Assembly (NCBI GenBank): GCA_017458675.1
Contig: JAFTAM010000169.1
Span: 9,111-73,110 of the forward strand
DNA: 64,000 bases
Reading direction: 5' to 3'
Origin: a bacterium
GTDB lineage: Bacteria; Vulcanimicrobiota; Xenobia; Xenobiales; Xenobiaceae
This document shows positions 44,677 to 55,043 of this stretch, piece after piece (positions within the stretch are counted from its first letter, which is position 1; each line of letters begins with the position of its first letter). Both the position numbers and the translations under genes were made by a program. The notes beneath the pieces were generated by a model. That model was not told the origin of the DNA, searched no databases, and saw only the letters and a list, made by a program, of their open reading frames with translations.

Positions 44677-46086
44677 TCAGTCCCTGAGCATTTCGGCGCA
44701 GCGGCGCGCGCATTTGCAGATGTCGCCCGCTCCTAAAAAGATCACCAAATCTCCGGCTTTACACTCTTTGCCGACAAAATCCACAATACCGTCGGCGTCA
44801 GGCACATAGGCCACGCGCTCAGGATGCGAATCCAAATTCATAATTTTTTCCACCAGTTTTTCCGAGGTGACCCCTTCTATAGGCTCCTCGCCGGCGGAAT
44901 AAATATCTGTCACCAATAAAATATCGGCGTCCGAAAAGACTAAAGGGAACTGATCCAGCAGAAACTCGGTGCGGGAGAAGCGGTGAGGCTGGAAGACGGC
45001 AATCACTCTTTTGGCTCCTCCGGTATGCGCCGAATTTAAAGCGGCCTTAATCTTTTCCGGGTTATGGGCATAATCGTCAACTATAATTATATCCTTAGAG
45101 CGGCTGACTACATCGAAGCGTCTGCCCACGCCGCTGAAGGCGCCCAGAGCGTCTGCCGCGGACGCAAAGGGAATCCCCAGCCCCAGGCTTATGGCAATAG
45201 CGGCCAAAGCGTTCTGAACATTGTGACTGCCGGGCATAGGCAGCTGCACCCGTCCCAGCTCGGCGCCGTCCTTAACCACAGTAAAGGACGACTTATAATC
45301 GGCATATTCGATTCCGACGGCTCTTACGTCGTTGTGCTCGCTCAGGCCGTAAGTACAGAAGCGGCTCTTAACTTCCGGCAGCACCGCGCGCACGCCTTCA
45401 TGATCTCCGCAGAGCACCGCAAAGCCGTCCGGCTTCACGCCGTTGATAAACTGCAGGAAGAGCCGGCGGATCTTCGTGAGGACCTCAGCGTAATCGTTAT
45501 GACAGTCGTTAAAAGCCCCCGAGCTCAGATTGACGTCGCCGTCTATGCTGGTAACAACCGCGGCAAAGGGGTGAAGCTCAACAAAGGAGGCGTCGGATTC
45601 GTCGGCCTCGGCCACTAAATAATCGCTGCCGCCCAGCTTGGCGTTAGTGCCTATTGCCTTTAAAACGCCGCCGACGATAAAGGTAGGATCGAAAGCCGCA
45701 CATTTTAAGATGTGGGAAACCATCGCCGAGGTCGTAGTCTTGCCGTGAGTTCCCGCTATAGCCACGCCCTTTTGGGGATTCATCAGCAGACTCAGGAGAT
45801 GGCCGCGGGCCATAATATCCAGACCGCGCCTACGGGCCTCGGCAATTTCAGGATTATGGTCGGGGATAGCCGAAGAAGCCACCACCGCATCTGCGCCTTC
45901 GGGCAGATTTTCTTTTTTATGACTGTAAAATATCTCTGCTCCCAGTTTTTTAAGCTCTTCGGTTATATGAGTAGCAGACAGATCCGAACCAGAAACACGA
46001 TATCCCATTTGCAGCAGCACACGAGCCAGTCCACTCATGCCAATTCCTCCCACCCCCACAAAATGTACGTGCTTAAAGTCCAACAT
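44677..46086 (-). CDS. murC: UDP-N-acetylmuramate--L-alanine ligase
   Basis: HFVGVGGIGMSGLA and GTHGKTTTSAM. Mur ligase layout. Confidence 0.95.
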   Translation of the reverse strand: MLDFKHVHFVGVGGIGMSGLARVLLQMGYRVSGSDLSATHITEELKKLGAEIFYSHKKENLPEGADAVVASSAIPDHNPEIAEARRRGLDIMARGHLLSLLMNPQKGVAIAGTHGKTTTSAMVSHILKCAAFDPTFIVGGVLKAIGTNAKLGGSDYLVAEADESDASFVELHPFAAVVTSIDGDVNLSSGAFNDCHNDYAEVLTKIRRLFLQFINGVKPDGFAVLCGDHEGVRAVLPEVKSRFCTYGLSEHNDVRAVGIEYADYKSSFTVVKDGAELGRVQLPMPGSHNVQNALAAIAISLGLGIPFASAADALGAFSGVGRRFDVVSRSKDIIIVDDYAHNPEKIKAALNSAHTGGAKRVIAVFQPHRFSRTEFLLDQFPLVFSDADILLVTDIYSAGEEPIEGVTSEKLVEKIMNLDSHPERVAYVPDADGIVDFVGKECKAGDLVIFLGAGDICKCARRCAEMLRD

Positions 46087-46301
46087 ATCCCTTACCTAAC
46101 GATTCTAACATTTCAGTATACGCTCGTTCCGCCGGAGCTGCCGCTCGGCAGGCTGAATCGGTTTAAATGAAACTATACCATATTTTCAGATAAATATGCT
46201 GAAAAAAAACAGCATAATTATCCTCATCGCCGCTTTCCGCAGGCTGTATTCTTCCGAAGCCCGTTTATCTGGACAAATATCGGAAGCAATATAGCATTAA
46301 A

Positions 46302-47687
46302 CTATTTGCCCGCCGCCAAAATCTGCTTAGCTACCGACTTAGCCGCCTCCGGACATCCCAAAGTTCGGGAAGCCGCTCCCATTCTGCGCAGACGCATCTC
46401 GTCGCTGAGCAGCGGCAGCAGCGCCGCGGGCAGTTCCTTTTCAACGTCCTTATCCAGAATTACTATCGCAGCGCCCTTGCTTTCCAGAATTCTGGCATTA
46501 GCCTCCTGATGATTTTCCGCCGCATGCGGATAAGGAACCAGTATAGAAGGCAGCCCTTTGGCCGTTATTTCAGCCAGCGTAGTGGCTCCGGCCCTGCAGA
46601 CGACTAAATTGGCCGCGGCATACAGAGAAGCCATATCGTCGCAGTAGGCCATAGCTCTGTAATCAAGCCGTCCGTCCTTTACCAGCTCAATGCTGCGGGA
46701 GGAGACCTCTGCGAAATTGCTTTCGCCGGTCAGATGAATGAGCGTCATTTCTCTGTCGGTCAACTGAGGAATAAGCTTCAGTACCGCCTCGTTCAAGGCC
46801 TTGGCGCCCTGACTGCCGCCCATTACCACCGCGCAGAACTGCCCGGGCTTTATACCGAGCTTTTTCATAGCCTGTCCTTTATCGGCATTTACGATGGCCG
46901 ATCTCACAGGATTGCCGGTAAAAACGAGCTTCTTTTCCGGCAGACCGGCATAGCGTCCCGGCATGCTTACACAGATGCAGCTGGCAAAATTGGCAAGCAG
47001 CTTAACCGCCTTGCCGGCAAAGGCATTCTGCTCCATGATGACGATCGGAATTCCCAGCACGGCGCCGGCCAGAGCTGCAGGCACGCTGACATAGCCGCCG
47101 GAAGCCACGACTACTCTGGGAGCGAACTGCCTGAGAATAAATATGCTCTGCACAAAGCCGCAGGCCATCTTAAAGCAGGCCTTAATCTTGTCAAGTATAC
47201 CGCCTCCCAGCCCCTGAGCCATAATTGTACGCAGATCGTAGCCGTGACGCGGCACAATATCCCGCCCTACTCCATGGCCGGAATCGAAAAACATCGAAGT
47301 TATTCCCAGGCGCTTCAGCTCGTCGGCCACCGCCAAGGCCGGGTACAAATGACCGCCCGTGCCTCCTCCGGCAAAAGCCACTTTAAAATCATTCTTCAAA
47401 AGCGCCTTGCTTCCGGTGTTGAGCTGACCGAGTATGGGACGGCGCAAAGCCGCGCTTCCTCCTGCCGAGGCTATATAGTTAATCTTATTTACGGGAGCTT
47501 CGCCGCCCGGCTGCTTCGCGGATTCTCCCGAAACGTCCGCGCCTACCGGCTTCCCCATAGCCGCAGAAGCGCTGCGGGAATTTCCGAAAGCCTTGGCCAG
47601 AGCTCTGGCCACGCCCGGCGAGAGAGCGAGCGGAGAGCCTGCCGCTCCTTTCGCTTCCTGCTTATTTATATTCTCTTCATTTGCCAT
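46302..47687 (-). CDS. murG: Undecaprenyl-PP-MurNAc-pentapeptide GlcNAc transferase, with a ~95-aa N-terminal extension if the track start is right
   Basis: FAGGGTGGHLYPALAVADEL and the C-terminal AGATTLAEI motif. An alternative TTG/GTG start lies just before KVAFAGGG. Confidence 0.9.
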   Translation of the reverse strand: MANEENINKQEAKGAAGSPLALSPGVARALAKAFGNSRSASAAMGKPVGADVSGESAKQPGGEAPVNKINYIASAGGSAALRRPILGQLNTGSKALLKNDFKVAFAGGGTGGHLYPALAVADELKRLGITSMFFDSGHGVGRDIVPRHGYDLRTIMAQGLGGGILDKIKACFKMACGFVQSIFILRQFAPRVVVASGGYVSVPAALAGAVLGIPIVIMEQNAFAGKAVKLLANFASCICVSMPGRYAGLPEKKLVFTGNPVRSAIVNADKGQAMKKLGIKPGQFCAVVMGGSQGAKALNEAVLKLIPQLTDREMTLIHLTGESNFAEVSSRSIELVKDGRLDYRAMAYCDDMASLYAAANLVVCRAGATTLAEITAKGLPSILVPYPHAAENHQEANARILESKGAAIVILDKDVEKELPAALLPLLSDEMRLRRMGAASRTLGCPEAAKSVAKQILAAGK

Positions 47688-47808
47688 AAATATTATACCC
47701 CTCTGAAGCGGAAACTTTCCGGTATGCTGCCCTAATATGATATATCATTTTAAAAATCATAAAACCTGCCCAGTACCGAGCCGTAAAATTTATGTTTTAA
47801 AAACCGTC

Positions 47809-49314
47809 CTATTTCCCTGCCTTTCCGCTGCGGCGCAGCATGCGCAAATCCTCGGATGACATGATGCTGCAGCTAATAATAGGCTTGGGCAGCGCATTGT
47901 AGGAAGAGGTATTTTCTACGGGAGCGGCCGAGGCTTCCCAGGCGTCGCCGGAATCGTCGCCGGAAATACTTTCATGCTTCTCATATGAGGAATCTGAGGT
48001 GACCGCGACCGTGGGGCCCTTCTTTTTAACCTGTTTTTCTTCAATATGCTTTTCGGCGCTCTCGCTGTGATGAATAATATTTAAGAGAAGACCTACCGAA
48101 ATAAAGCTCATCATCAGAGAACTGCCGCCGTGAGAGAAAAAGGGCAGAGGCAGTCCCTTATTGGGCATTAAGCCGGTAACGACGGAGATATTGTACAAAA
48201 GCTGACAGATAATCTGAGTAGTAATGCCGAAAGCCGCCAGGGACAGAAATTCGTTTTTACTGCGGTTAGCTATGGTCAGACCAAAGACGCCAAAGGCAAA
48301 AAACAGGCAGAACAGCCCTAAGACTCCCAGCAGCCCCATCTCCTCTGAATAAATGGAGTAGATAAAATCGCAGTGCATTTCGGGGATAAAGTTATACCTG
48401 CTTCGGGAATGAGGAATGCCGACTCCGAACAGTCCCCCGCTGGAAATTGCCGCCAAAGCGTTGCGAATCTGATAATTTACGCCCTTAGGATCGTAATCGG
48501 TATGACGCCAGCCGATCATTCTTTCCTTACGGTAATGGTTCTGCATTTCTTCGGGATGAAGCTGACTTATATTAACTGCGTCCAGACTGAGCACCGTGTA
48601 TAAAACGATCAGAAACGCGCAGGTCATAATCGTCAGCAGAACCTTGCGGGAAAAGCCCACCATGAAAACCATGCAGAAAATCACAGCGCTCATGAGCACG
48701 GTGGTTCCCAGATCAGATCCTCTTTCAAACAGGCCTACGAAAATGACCGTAACAATAAGCGGAACCCAGAACAGTTTAAAAAAGATAACTATGCCGTTCA
48801 GCAAATCCAGCAAAAAATTAACTAAGCTCAGTTTCGTTTCCGCATGTTCGCTCTTGCGCTTCCTGAACCTAGAGCTGAAATCGGACAGTTTGACGACTTT
48901 CGATGAATGACGGCTCAGATACTCGGCCCACAGGAATATCAAAGCCAGCTTGCCCAGCTCAGAGGGCTGAAAGGATATCGATCTAAACGAGATCCAGCGG
49001 TGCACATTATTTATCGCCTCTGAAAACCAGCCTGCCCAAATCAGCAGAACAATCGTAAAGATAGTTAAGGGCCAGATCAGAAGTCTTCTAACCCGCGCTA
49101 TGCTGCCGCAGGAACCTAAGGTGAACATAGCGGAAATGCCCAAAATCCAGGCTACCAGCTGAGTAAAGGCAGGCGCCAGAGAGCGGTGCATATCCGCTTC
49201 CTTGCCGATAGAAGACGACAGCAGAACCAAAAGGCCCAGCAGCGATAGAATTGTCGTCAAAACCGCAGTCCAATATCTCAGCTTATTGTCGCTGAAGCTG
49301 CTCAAATCAAACAT
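47809..49314 (-). CDS. ftsW: FtsW/RodA/SpoVE (SEDS) family protein with a C-terminal tail
   Basis: About 10 TM and the SEDS motifs PSELGKLALI and LPLPFFSHGGSS. dcw position. Confidence 0.85.
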   Translation of the reverse strand: MFDLSSFSDNKLRYWTAVLTTILSLLGLLVLLSSSIGKEADMHRSLAPAFTQLVAWILGISAMFTLGSCGSIARVRRLLIWPLTIFTIVLLIWAGWFSEAINNVHRWISFRSISFQPSELGKLALIFLWAEYLSRHSSKVVKLSDFSSRFRKRKSEHAETKLSLVNFLLDLLNGIVIFFKLFWVPLIVTVIFVGLFERGSDLGTTVLMSAVIFCMVFMVGFSRKVLLTIMTCAFLIVLYTVLSLDAVNISQLHPEEMQNHYRKERMIGWRHTDYDPKGVNYQIRNALAAISSGGLFGVGIPHSRSRYNFIPEMHCDFIYSIYSEEMGLLGVLGLFCLFFAFGVFGLTIANRSKNEFLSLAAFGITTQIICQLLYNISVVTGLMPNKGLPLPFFSHGGSSLMMSFISVGLLLNIIHHSESAEKHIEEKQVKKKGPTVAVTSDSSYEKHESISGDDSGDAWEASAAPVENTSSYNALPKPIISCSIMSSEDLRMLRRSGKAGK

Positions 49315-49355
49315 TCTTCACCTCCAGTCAGCAGCAAGGTTATCTGAACAAACAA

Positions 49356-50774
49356 TCAGGAAATGCCTTCGGCGTATTCCGAGAACAGCCGTCCGCGCTC
49401 TTCGGCATTTTTAAACATATCAAAGCTGGAGCAGGCCGGTGAGAGCAGCACCGTGCCTCCGCCTCTTTCGGCGGCTTCCTTATAGCCGATCTCCACGGCT
49501 TCTTTCAGTGAGGCGGCTCTGTATATGCGGGCGCCGCCGAATTTTTTAACCGCCGCTTCCAAACGGTCGCCGGCTTCTCCGATAAGCAGCAGAAGATCGC
49601 AGTGCGCCGCTATATGGCGGCCCAGAGGATCAAAATCGAAGCCCTTGTCCTTGCCGCCGGCAATCAGAGCCAGGAAGCCGTCCTTATAAGCGTCAATGGC
49701 GGCTATGACCGAGCTCACATTAGTGGCCTTGGAATCGTTGACAAACTGCACGTTGCGGCGCGTACAAACTTTTTCCATGCGGTAGTGCAGAGGCTTATGA
49801 GCCGCTAAAGCCGCTTTGATCGCACCGTTGTCAACGTGCAGATACTTAGCCGCGGCTGCGGCGGCTAAAGCGTTGGCGATATTATGGGGTCCGGGCAGTC
49901 CGGCAAAGCCTTCCCATTTCACGACGGGAACGGGCTCCGCCCCGTCTCTGTACCAAAGCGTCCCGTCAGCGTACCAGGCGCCGCGCTCCACAGGTCCCTT
50001 AACCGAAAAGGTCATAATCTGAGGGATTTCTCTATTGTGCGCTTCTTCAAAGCCGGGCAGCCAGGCGGGCAGCTTATGCTCGCGCAGCAGAGCGCACATT
50101 CTGGCCGCTTCCGGATCGTCGGCGCTGAAAATGGCTAAATCCGAGCTCTGCATGCGGGCGAAGAGGCGGGCCTTGGCCGCGAAGTATTCCTCGAGATCGG
50201 GATGGCGGTCGAGATGATCGGGCGTTATGTTGGTCAATACTGCGATATGCGGCCTGAATTTATCGACAGCTTCCAGCTGGAAGCTGGAAATTTCCGCCGT
50301 CACAAAGCCGCCGGCCGGAGCTCTGCCTACTTCGGAAACCAGAGGGACGCCGATATTGCCGGCCAGGATCGATTTTGAGCCCAGCATGCGATCTATCAAA
50401 GTGACCGTCGTCGATTTTCCGTTGGTTCCGGTCACGGCAATGAAGGGGGCTTCGGAAAGGTCCCAGGCGATTTCAACTTCGCCCAGCACCTTAATTCCCT
50501 GGGCCAGCGCCTTTTGAATCAAAGGATGGCGGACCGATACTCCCGGGCTGATAACGATAATTTCATTGTCCAGAACTCTGTCGCTATGGCCGCCGGTTTC
50601 ATAATCCGCGCCCAGCTTCTCAAGCCTCGCGGCAGCCTCTTTAAGCTGCTCGGCGCTTCCGGCGTCGCTGACAAAAACCTTCGCCCCGCGGCGGCTCAGC
50701 TCTTCGGCTAAAGCCAGGCCGCTTTTGCCCATTCCCAATATAGCTATACGGCGATCCTTATAATTCATGGCCAA
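49356..50774 (-). CDS. murD: UDP-N-acetylmuramoylalanine--D-glutamate ligase
   Basis: ILGMGKSGLA Rossmann motif and VTGTNGKSTT P-loop. Confidence 0.9.
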   Translation of the reverse strand: MAMNYKDRRIAILGMGKSGLALAEELSRRGAKVFVSDAGSAEQLKEAAARLEKLGADYETGGHSDRVLDNEIIVISPGVSVRHPLIQKALAQGIKVLGEVEIAWDLSEAPFIAVTGTNGKSTTVTLIDRMLGSKSILAGNIGVPLVSEVGRAPAGGFVTAEISSFQLEAVDKFRPHIAVLTNITPDHLDRHPDLEEYFAAKARLFARMQSSDLAIFSADDPEAARMCALLREHKLPAWLPGFEEAHNREIPQIMTFSVKGPVERGAWYADGTLWYRDGAEPVPVVKWEGFAGLPGPHNIANALAAAAAAKYLHVDNGAIKAALAAHKPLHYRMEKVCTRRNVQFVNDSKATNVSSVIAAIDAYKDGFLALIAGGKDKGFDFDPLGRHIAAHCDLLLLIGEAGDRLEAAVKKFGGARIYRAASLKEAVEIGYKEAAERGGGTVLLSPACSSFDMFKNAEERGRLFSEYAEGIS

Positions 50775-51739
50775 ACTCCGAGATAAAACATTACGCCCAA
50801 TAAAGCTAAAATCACAGAAACGATAATAAAGCGGGCCGTCACCTGCACCTCGTGCAGGCCGCCCAGCTCAAAATGGTGGTGAATGGGACTCATGCGGAAG
50901 ATTCTCTTGCCGCCGGTCAGCTTAAAATAAGAGACCTGCAGAATTACCGAGAGAGCCTCCATGACGAAGACGCCGCCGATAAAAATCAGAAGAAACTCGC
51001 AGGAGGACGCCAGCGCCAGTACCGCCAGCGCTCCGCCCAATCCTAAAGAGCCGGTATCGCCCATAAAGACCCGGGCAGGAAAGACATTGAACCACAAAAA
51101 GCCCACGCAGGCGCCGGCCATGGCGGCGGCGGCGACGCAGAGCTCCGTATGGCCGCTGCATCCGGCAATTACCGAAAAAGCCGTCAGAGCGGAGAAACAG
51201 GTTCCGCCGGCCAGACCGTCCAGTCCGTCGGTAAGATTGACGGCGTTGACCGTTCCCGAAGTGAGCAGCAAAGTGACAATGAGCAGCAGCCAGAAGCTGT
51301 GTACTTCACCGAAATAAGGCAGCGTTAAGGCAAACGAAGAACGGGTAAGGCACAGCCAGACAAAGAGTCCTAAGCCTAAAATTCCCAGGAAAGCCAGCTT
51401 ATGTCTGGCCTTAAGGCCCAGGCTCCGATGCTTCAGCAGCTTGCTGGCGTCGTCGACGCAGCCTAAGCCGGCGCAGGCCAGAACCGTGAAGCGAAAGACC
51501 CATACTTCCCAGCAGTTAGGCGCCCAGAAACCTGCCAGCAGTCCGGCCAGAATCAAAACTATGCCGCCCATCGTAGGGGTCCCGGCTTTTGAGAGATGCG
51601 CCTGCGGCCCCTCCTGCCTGACCTCCTGTCCCCAGCCGTGTCCCTTCGCCCACCGCAGAAACATCGGCATACTGACCAAAACCAGTCCCAAGCCGGACAG
51701 GACTGCCAAACCCAACAAATTCCAGGGCAAATTCAGCAT
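50765..51739 (-). CDS. mraY: Phospho-N-acetylmuramoyl-pentapeptide transferase
   Basis: GTPTMGG, NAVNLTDGLDGLA, MGDTGSLGLG and PIHHHFE motifs. Confidence 0.95.
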   Translation of the reverse strand: MLNLPWNLLGLAVLSGLGLVLVSMPMFLRWAKGHGWGQEVRQEGPQAHLSKAGTPTMGGIVLILAGLLAGFWAPNCWEVWVFRFTVLACAGLGCVDDASKLLKHRSLGLKARHKLAFLGILGLGLFVWLCLTRSSFALTLPYFGEVHSFWLLLIVTLLLTSGTVNAVNLTDGLDGLAGGTCFSALTAFSVIAGCSGHTELCVAAAAMAGACVGFLWFNVFPARVFMGDTGSLGLGGALAVLALASSCEFLLIFIGGVFVMEALSVILQVSYFKLTGGKRIFRMSPIHHHFELGGLHEVQVTARFIIVSVILALLGVMFYLGVWP

Positions 51740-51764
51740 ATATATTCAGCCTCTTTACTAAAAA

Positions 51765-53207
51765 TTAATTCTGCTTTAACACCCGGCGCAGAGCCTCGGC
51801 TGTTTTATCCAATTCCATAGAATGCGAAGCTTTAATCAGAATGCAGTCTCCGGGCTTCATGAGCTCCGAGACCTTATCGGCCGCTTCCTGCCAGTCGGCG
51901 CACCAGAAAGCGGCTATGCCCTCCGCTTCGGCGCTCTGCATGAGACAGCGGCTCAGCTCGCCCACCGCGGCCAGAATATCAACGCCGCATTCCCGACAGG
52001 CCCTGCCCAGTTCGGCATGCATGGCCTTCTCGTTTTCGCCCAGCTCCTTCATATCGCCCAGAACCGCAATTGAGCGCCCGCAGACGTCCTTAAGCTCCGG
52101 CAGCAAGCGCAGAGCCGCCTTCACCGAGGCGGGCGCCGCATTGTAGGAATCGTCGATTATGACGGTTCCGTCGGCGAAGATTTCCGTCTGCAGACGCTTT
52201 TCCGTCAGGGAGCAGCCGGCCAGAGCGGCGTCAATTTCGGGAATGCTCATACCCAGACAGACCGCCGCAGCCGCCGCGGCCAAAAAATTGGCGCAGTTGT
52301 GCAGGCCGGGCAGAGGCAGAAAGACGGTATGCTCGCCCGAAGGGGATGCGAATCTGACCTTCTGGCCGAAAACGATCCTGCGGACTCCCTCTTCAGCCTC
52401 TCTGAAAGCTTTGGAAACCTCGGTATCGAGCAGGCGGAAATCGGCTTTTTCGTTATTTATGCCGAATGAAACGATCCTGCCCTTGGCATGTTCGCATAAA
52501 AGCTCAAAGAAATCGCTGTCGGCGGGCAGAACGGCCGCAGAATCTTCAGCCGCCCAATCTAAAATTTCCGCCTTAGCCAGAGCGATATTGCGGCGGCTGC
52601 CCAGGAGCTCCAGATGAGATTCGCCTATCGTCGTAATAACAGAGACCTCGGGCGAAACTATCTTGGCCAGCTCGGCCACCTGGCCGAAGCCGCGCATTCC
52701 CATCTCCGCTATGGCGATATCGTAAGAAGGGTCCAGAGACATGAGCATCTCGGCCAGGCCGGTTTCGCTGTTATGGTTGGCCAGCGTAGCCTTCACCTTG
52801 TATTTTGAGGCCAGGAGCGAACGCAGCAAATCCTTGGTGGTGGTCTTGCCTACCGAACCGGTGATGCCGGCAGTCCTCGCCCCGCTGGCCTTCAAATTCG
52901 CCTGGGAAAGAGCCAAATGGGCTTTTAAGGAGGACTCGACAAAAAAAGCGCGGCAGGCCGCGGCTTCCGGAAGCGAACGTTCTCCGGCGTCGGCTCTCGG
53001 CCAAACGACGGCAGCCGCGCCCTTTTTAAGCGCCTCTTCCGCAAAATCACAGCCGTTGAAACGCTCTCCGCACAAAGGCAGGAAAAGCGAACCTGGCAAA
53101 ATCTTACGGCTGTCGCTGCAGATCCCGCTGAAACAAAAATCTCCGGCGATCCCGACGGGGGTCTCCGCGCCCAGAACGGCAGCGACGCTGCCGGCAATCC
53201 ATTTCAT
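51765..53207 (-). CDS. murF: UDP-N-acetylmuramoyl-tripeptide--D-alanyl-D-alanine ligase
   Basis: GITGSVGKTTTKD, plus Mur ligase middle and C-terminal domains. Confidence 0.9.
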   Translation of the reverse strand: MKWIAGSVAAVLGAETPVGIAGDFCFSGICSDSRKILPGSLFLPLCGERFNGCDFAEEALKKGAAAVVWPRADAGERSLPEAAACRAFFVESSLKAHLALSQANLKASGARTAGITGSVGKTTTKDLLRSLLASKYKVKATLANHNSETGLAEMLMSLDPSYDIAIAEMGMRGFGQVAELAKIVSPEVSVITTIGESHLELLGSRRNIALAKAEILDWAAEDSAAVLPADSDFFELLCEHAKGRIVSFGINNEKADFRLLDTEVSKAFREAEEGVRRIVFGQKVRFASPSGEHTVFLPLPGLHNCANFLAAAAAAVCLGMSIPEIDAALAGCSLTEKRLQTEIFADGTVIIDDSYNAAPASVKAALRLLPELKDVCGRSIAVLGDMKELGENEKAMHAELGRACRECGVDILAAVGELSRCLMQSAEAEGIAAFWCADWQEAADKVSELMKPGDCILIKASHSMELDKTAEALRRVLKQN

Positions 53208-53210
53208 AAG

Positions 53211-54812
53211 CTAACCGTTACCTCTGCGCAGATATTTGCTGAGATCAAAAACGCATTCGTCAAACTTAATGGCCAAGCGCACCTTATGCATGGCGTTGAC
53301 CGTTTTGGAGCATTTCATTTCCGACAGAGCGGCGGCAGCCTTCTCCGCGTCGTCAAAGTGGACCGTATGATCGCTGAATTTCTGATAGGTCTCATGTCCT
53401 TTGCCGGCGATGACCACAGTATCAAAAACTTTAGCGGTACTGACAGCCTTCTTAATGGCTTCGGCCCGATCGTAGATAATCTCCACCCGCTCCATCATTT
53501 CAAAAGGAATGCCGTTGAGAATATCTCCGACGATATCTTCCGGATTCTCGCTGCGGGGATTATCGTTGCTGATAAAAACTTTGTCCGCCTTATTGACGGC
53601 GATCCTTCCCATCAGGGGGCGCTTGCCCTTGTCGCGGTCTCCGCCGCATCCGAAGACGACTGTCAGCTCGCCTCCGTTAGGGGTAATCTGACGGGCCGAA
53701 TCCAAGAGATGCGCCAGACCGTCCGGAGTATGCGCGTAATCAACTATAACAGCAAAGCCCTGTCCTCTGTTGATCAGCTGAAAACGGCCGGGAACCGAAG
53801 CTACTTCCTGCAGAGCGCAGACTATATCCGCAAAGCCTACGTGAGCGGCTATGCCGGCCGCCGCGGCCGCCAGGGCGTTGTGAACGTTGAAGCTGCCGGA
53901 AAGCTGAAGCTGTACCTCAGCGCAGCCCAGACGGGTTTCCAGCATAAAACTGAGTCCCTTGGGACTGGCCGAAACATTGTAGGCTCGCACGTCAGCCCGA
54001 GGATCGGTACCGTAGGTTATAACCGGCACTCTGTCCTTGATCATCTCCACGATTCTCTTGCCGTACTCGTCGTCTATATTTATTACCGCTACCGGCCCCA
54101 GTTCAGGCTCGGAAGGACGCTTATAGATGCCCAGGTTGGTAAACAGACGGGCTTTGGCATGGAAATACTCCTCCATCGTGCCGTGGAAATCGAGATGGTC
54201 CTGAGTTAAATTTGTAAAGACGGCCACGTCAAAGGGAATTCCGTAAGTACGGTCCAGAGCCAATGCATGAGAGGAGACCTCCATCACGCAGCTTTTCTGC
54301 TCGGCCTTAACCATATCGGCAAACATATGCTGCAGCTCATAAGCGCCCGGCGTAGTGTTGTTGAGCTTAATGACCTCGCCGGCCACATGAGCTTCTATAG
54401 TCCCCAGCAGACCGGGATTCTTGCCGCCTTTTTTAAGAATAGACTCTATAAGATAAGCCGTAGTCGTCTTTCCGTTGGTACCGGTAATACCGACATTAAG
54501 GAGCTTTTCGGAGGGACGTCCGCAGAAATGAGCAGCTAAAATACTCAGAGCCTTGCGGCTGTTGGGCACAACTATCAGGGGAATGCCGACGCCGCTGAGC
54601 CGGCGTTCCGTGACCAGCGCCGCCGCTCCTTTAGCCGCCGCTTCGGCGGCAAACTTATGGCCGTCACTCTGGAAACCGGTGACGCATACAAACAAATCCG
54701 AGGGCTTAACCAGGCGGGAGTCGCACGATAGATCGTTCACCTCTGTATCGGCGCTTCCAATGATTTCGGCGTCGTCAAGCAGCTTTGCCAATTCTGCGAC
54801 TGTTGCTTTCAT
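53211..54812 (-). CDS. murE: UDP-N-acetylmuramoyl-L-alanyl-D-glutamate--2,6-diaminopimelate ligase
   Basis: GITGTNGKTTTAY. The DNPRSE motif (DNPR) is the one associated with meso-DAP-adding MurE enzymes. Confidence 0.9.
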   Translation of the reverse strand: MKATVAELAKLLDDAEIIGSADTEVNDLSCDSRLVKPSDLFVCVTGFQSDGHKFAAEAAAKGAAALVTERRLSGVGIPLIVVPNSRKALSILAAHFCGRPSEKLLNVGITGTNGKTTTAYLIESILKKGGKNPGLLGTIEAHVAGEVIKLNNTTPGAYELQHMFADMVKAEQKSCVMEVSSHALALDRTYGIPFDVAVFTNLTQDHLDFHGTMEEYFHAKARLFTNLGIYKRPSEPELGPVAVINIDDEYGKRIVEMIKDRVPVITYGTDPRADVRAYNVSASPKGLSFMLETRLGCAEVQLQLSGSFNVHNALAAAAAGIAAHVGFADIVCALQEVASVPGRFQLINRGQGFAVIVDYAHTPDGLAHLLDSARQITPNGGELTVVFGCGGDRDKGKRPLMGRIAVNKADKVFISNDNPRSENPEDIVGDILNGIPFEMMERVEIIYDRAEAIKKAVSTAKVFDTVVIAGKGHETYQKFSDHTVHFDDAEKAAAALSEMKCSKTVNAMHKVRLAIKFDECVFDLSKYLRRGNG

Positions 54813-55043
54813 GTTCTTTATCCCTTTGCAGCTATCTTATAGAATTCCCCGCCCCTTTTTATGCTCAGCTTATTCGGTGTAAGCTTAATAAAAAAACTTT
54901 TTTTCAGCCGCCGACAGGGATCGGCGGCCGATATTATTTCTCATACTAATATATCATTATCATTTTATATTCTAATCAACAGCCTATTTTTCATGCCGGC
55001 ATTTTAAAAAATCTGCGGATTGCCGCCGGCCTTAAGAAGGCTG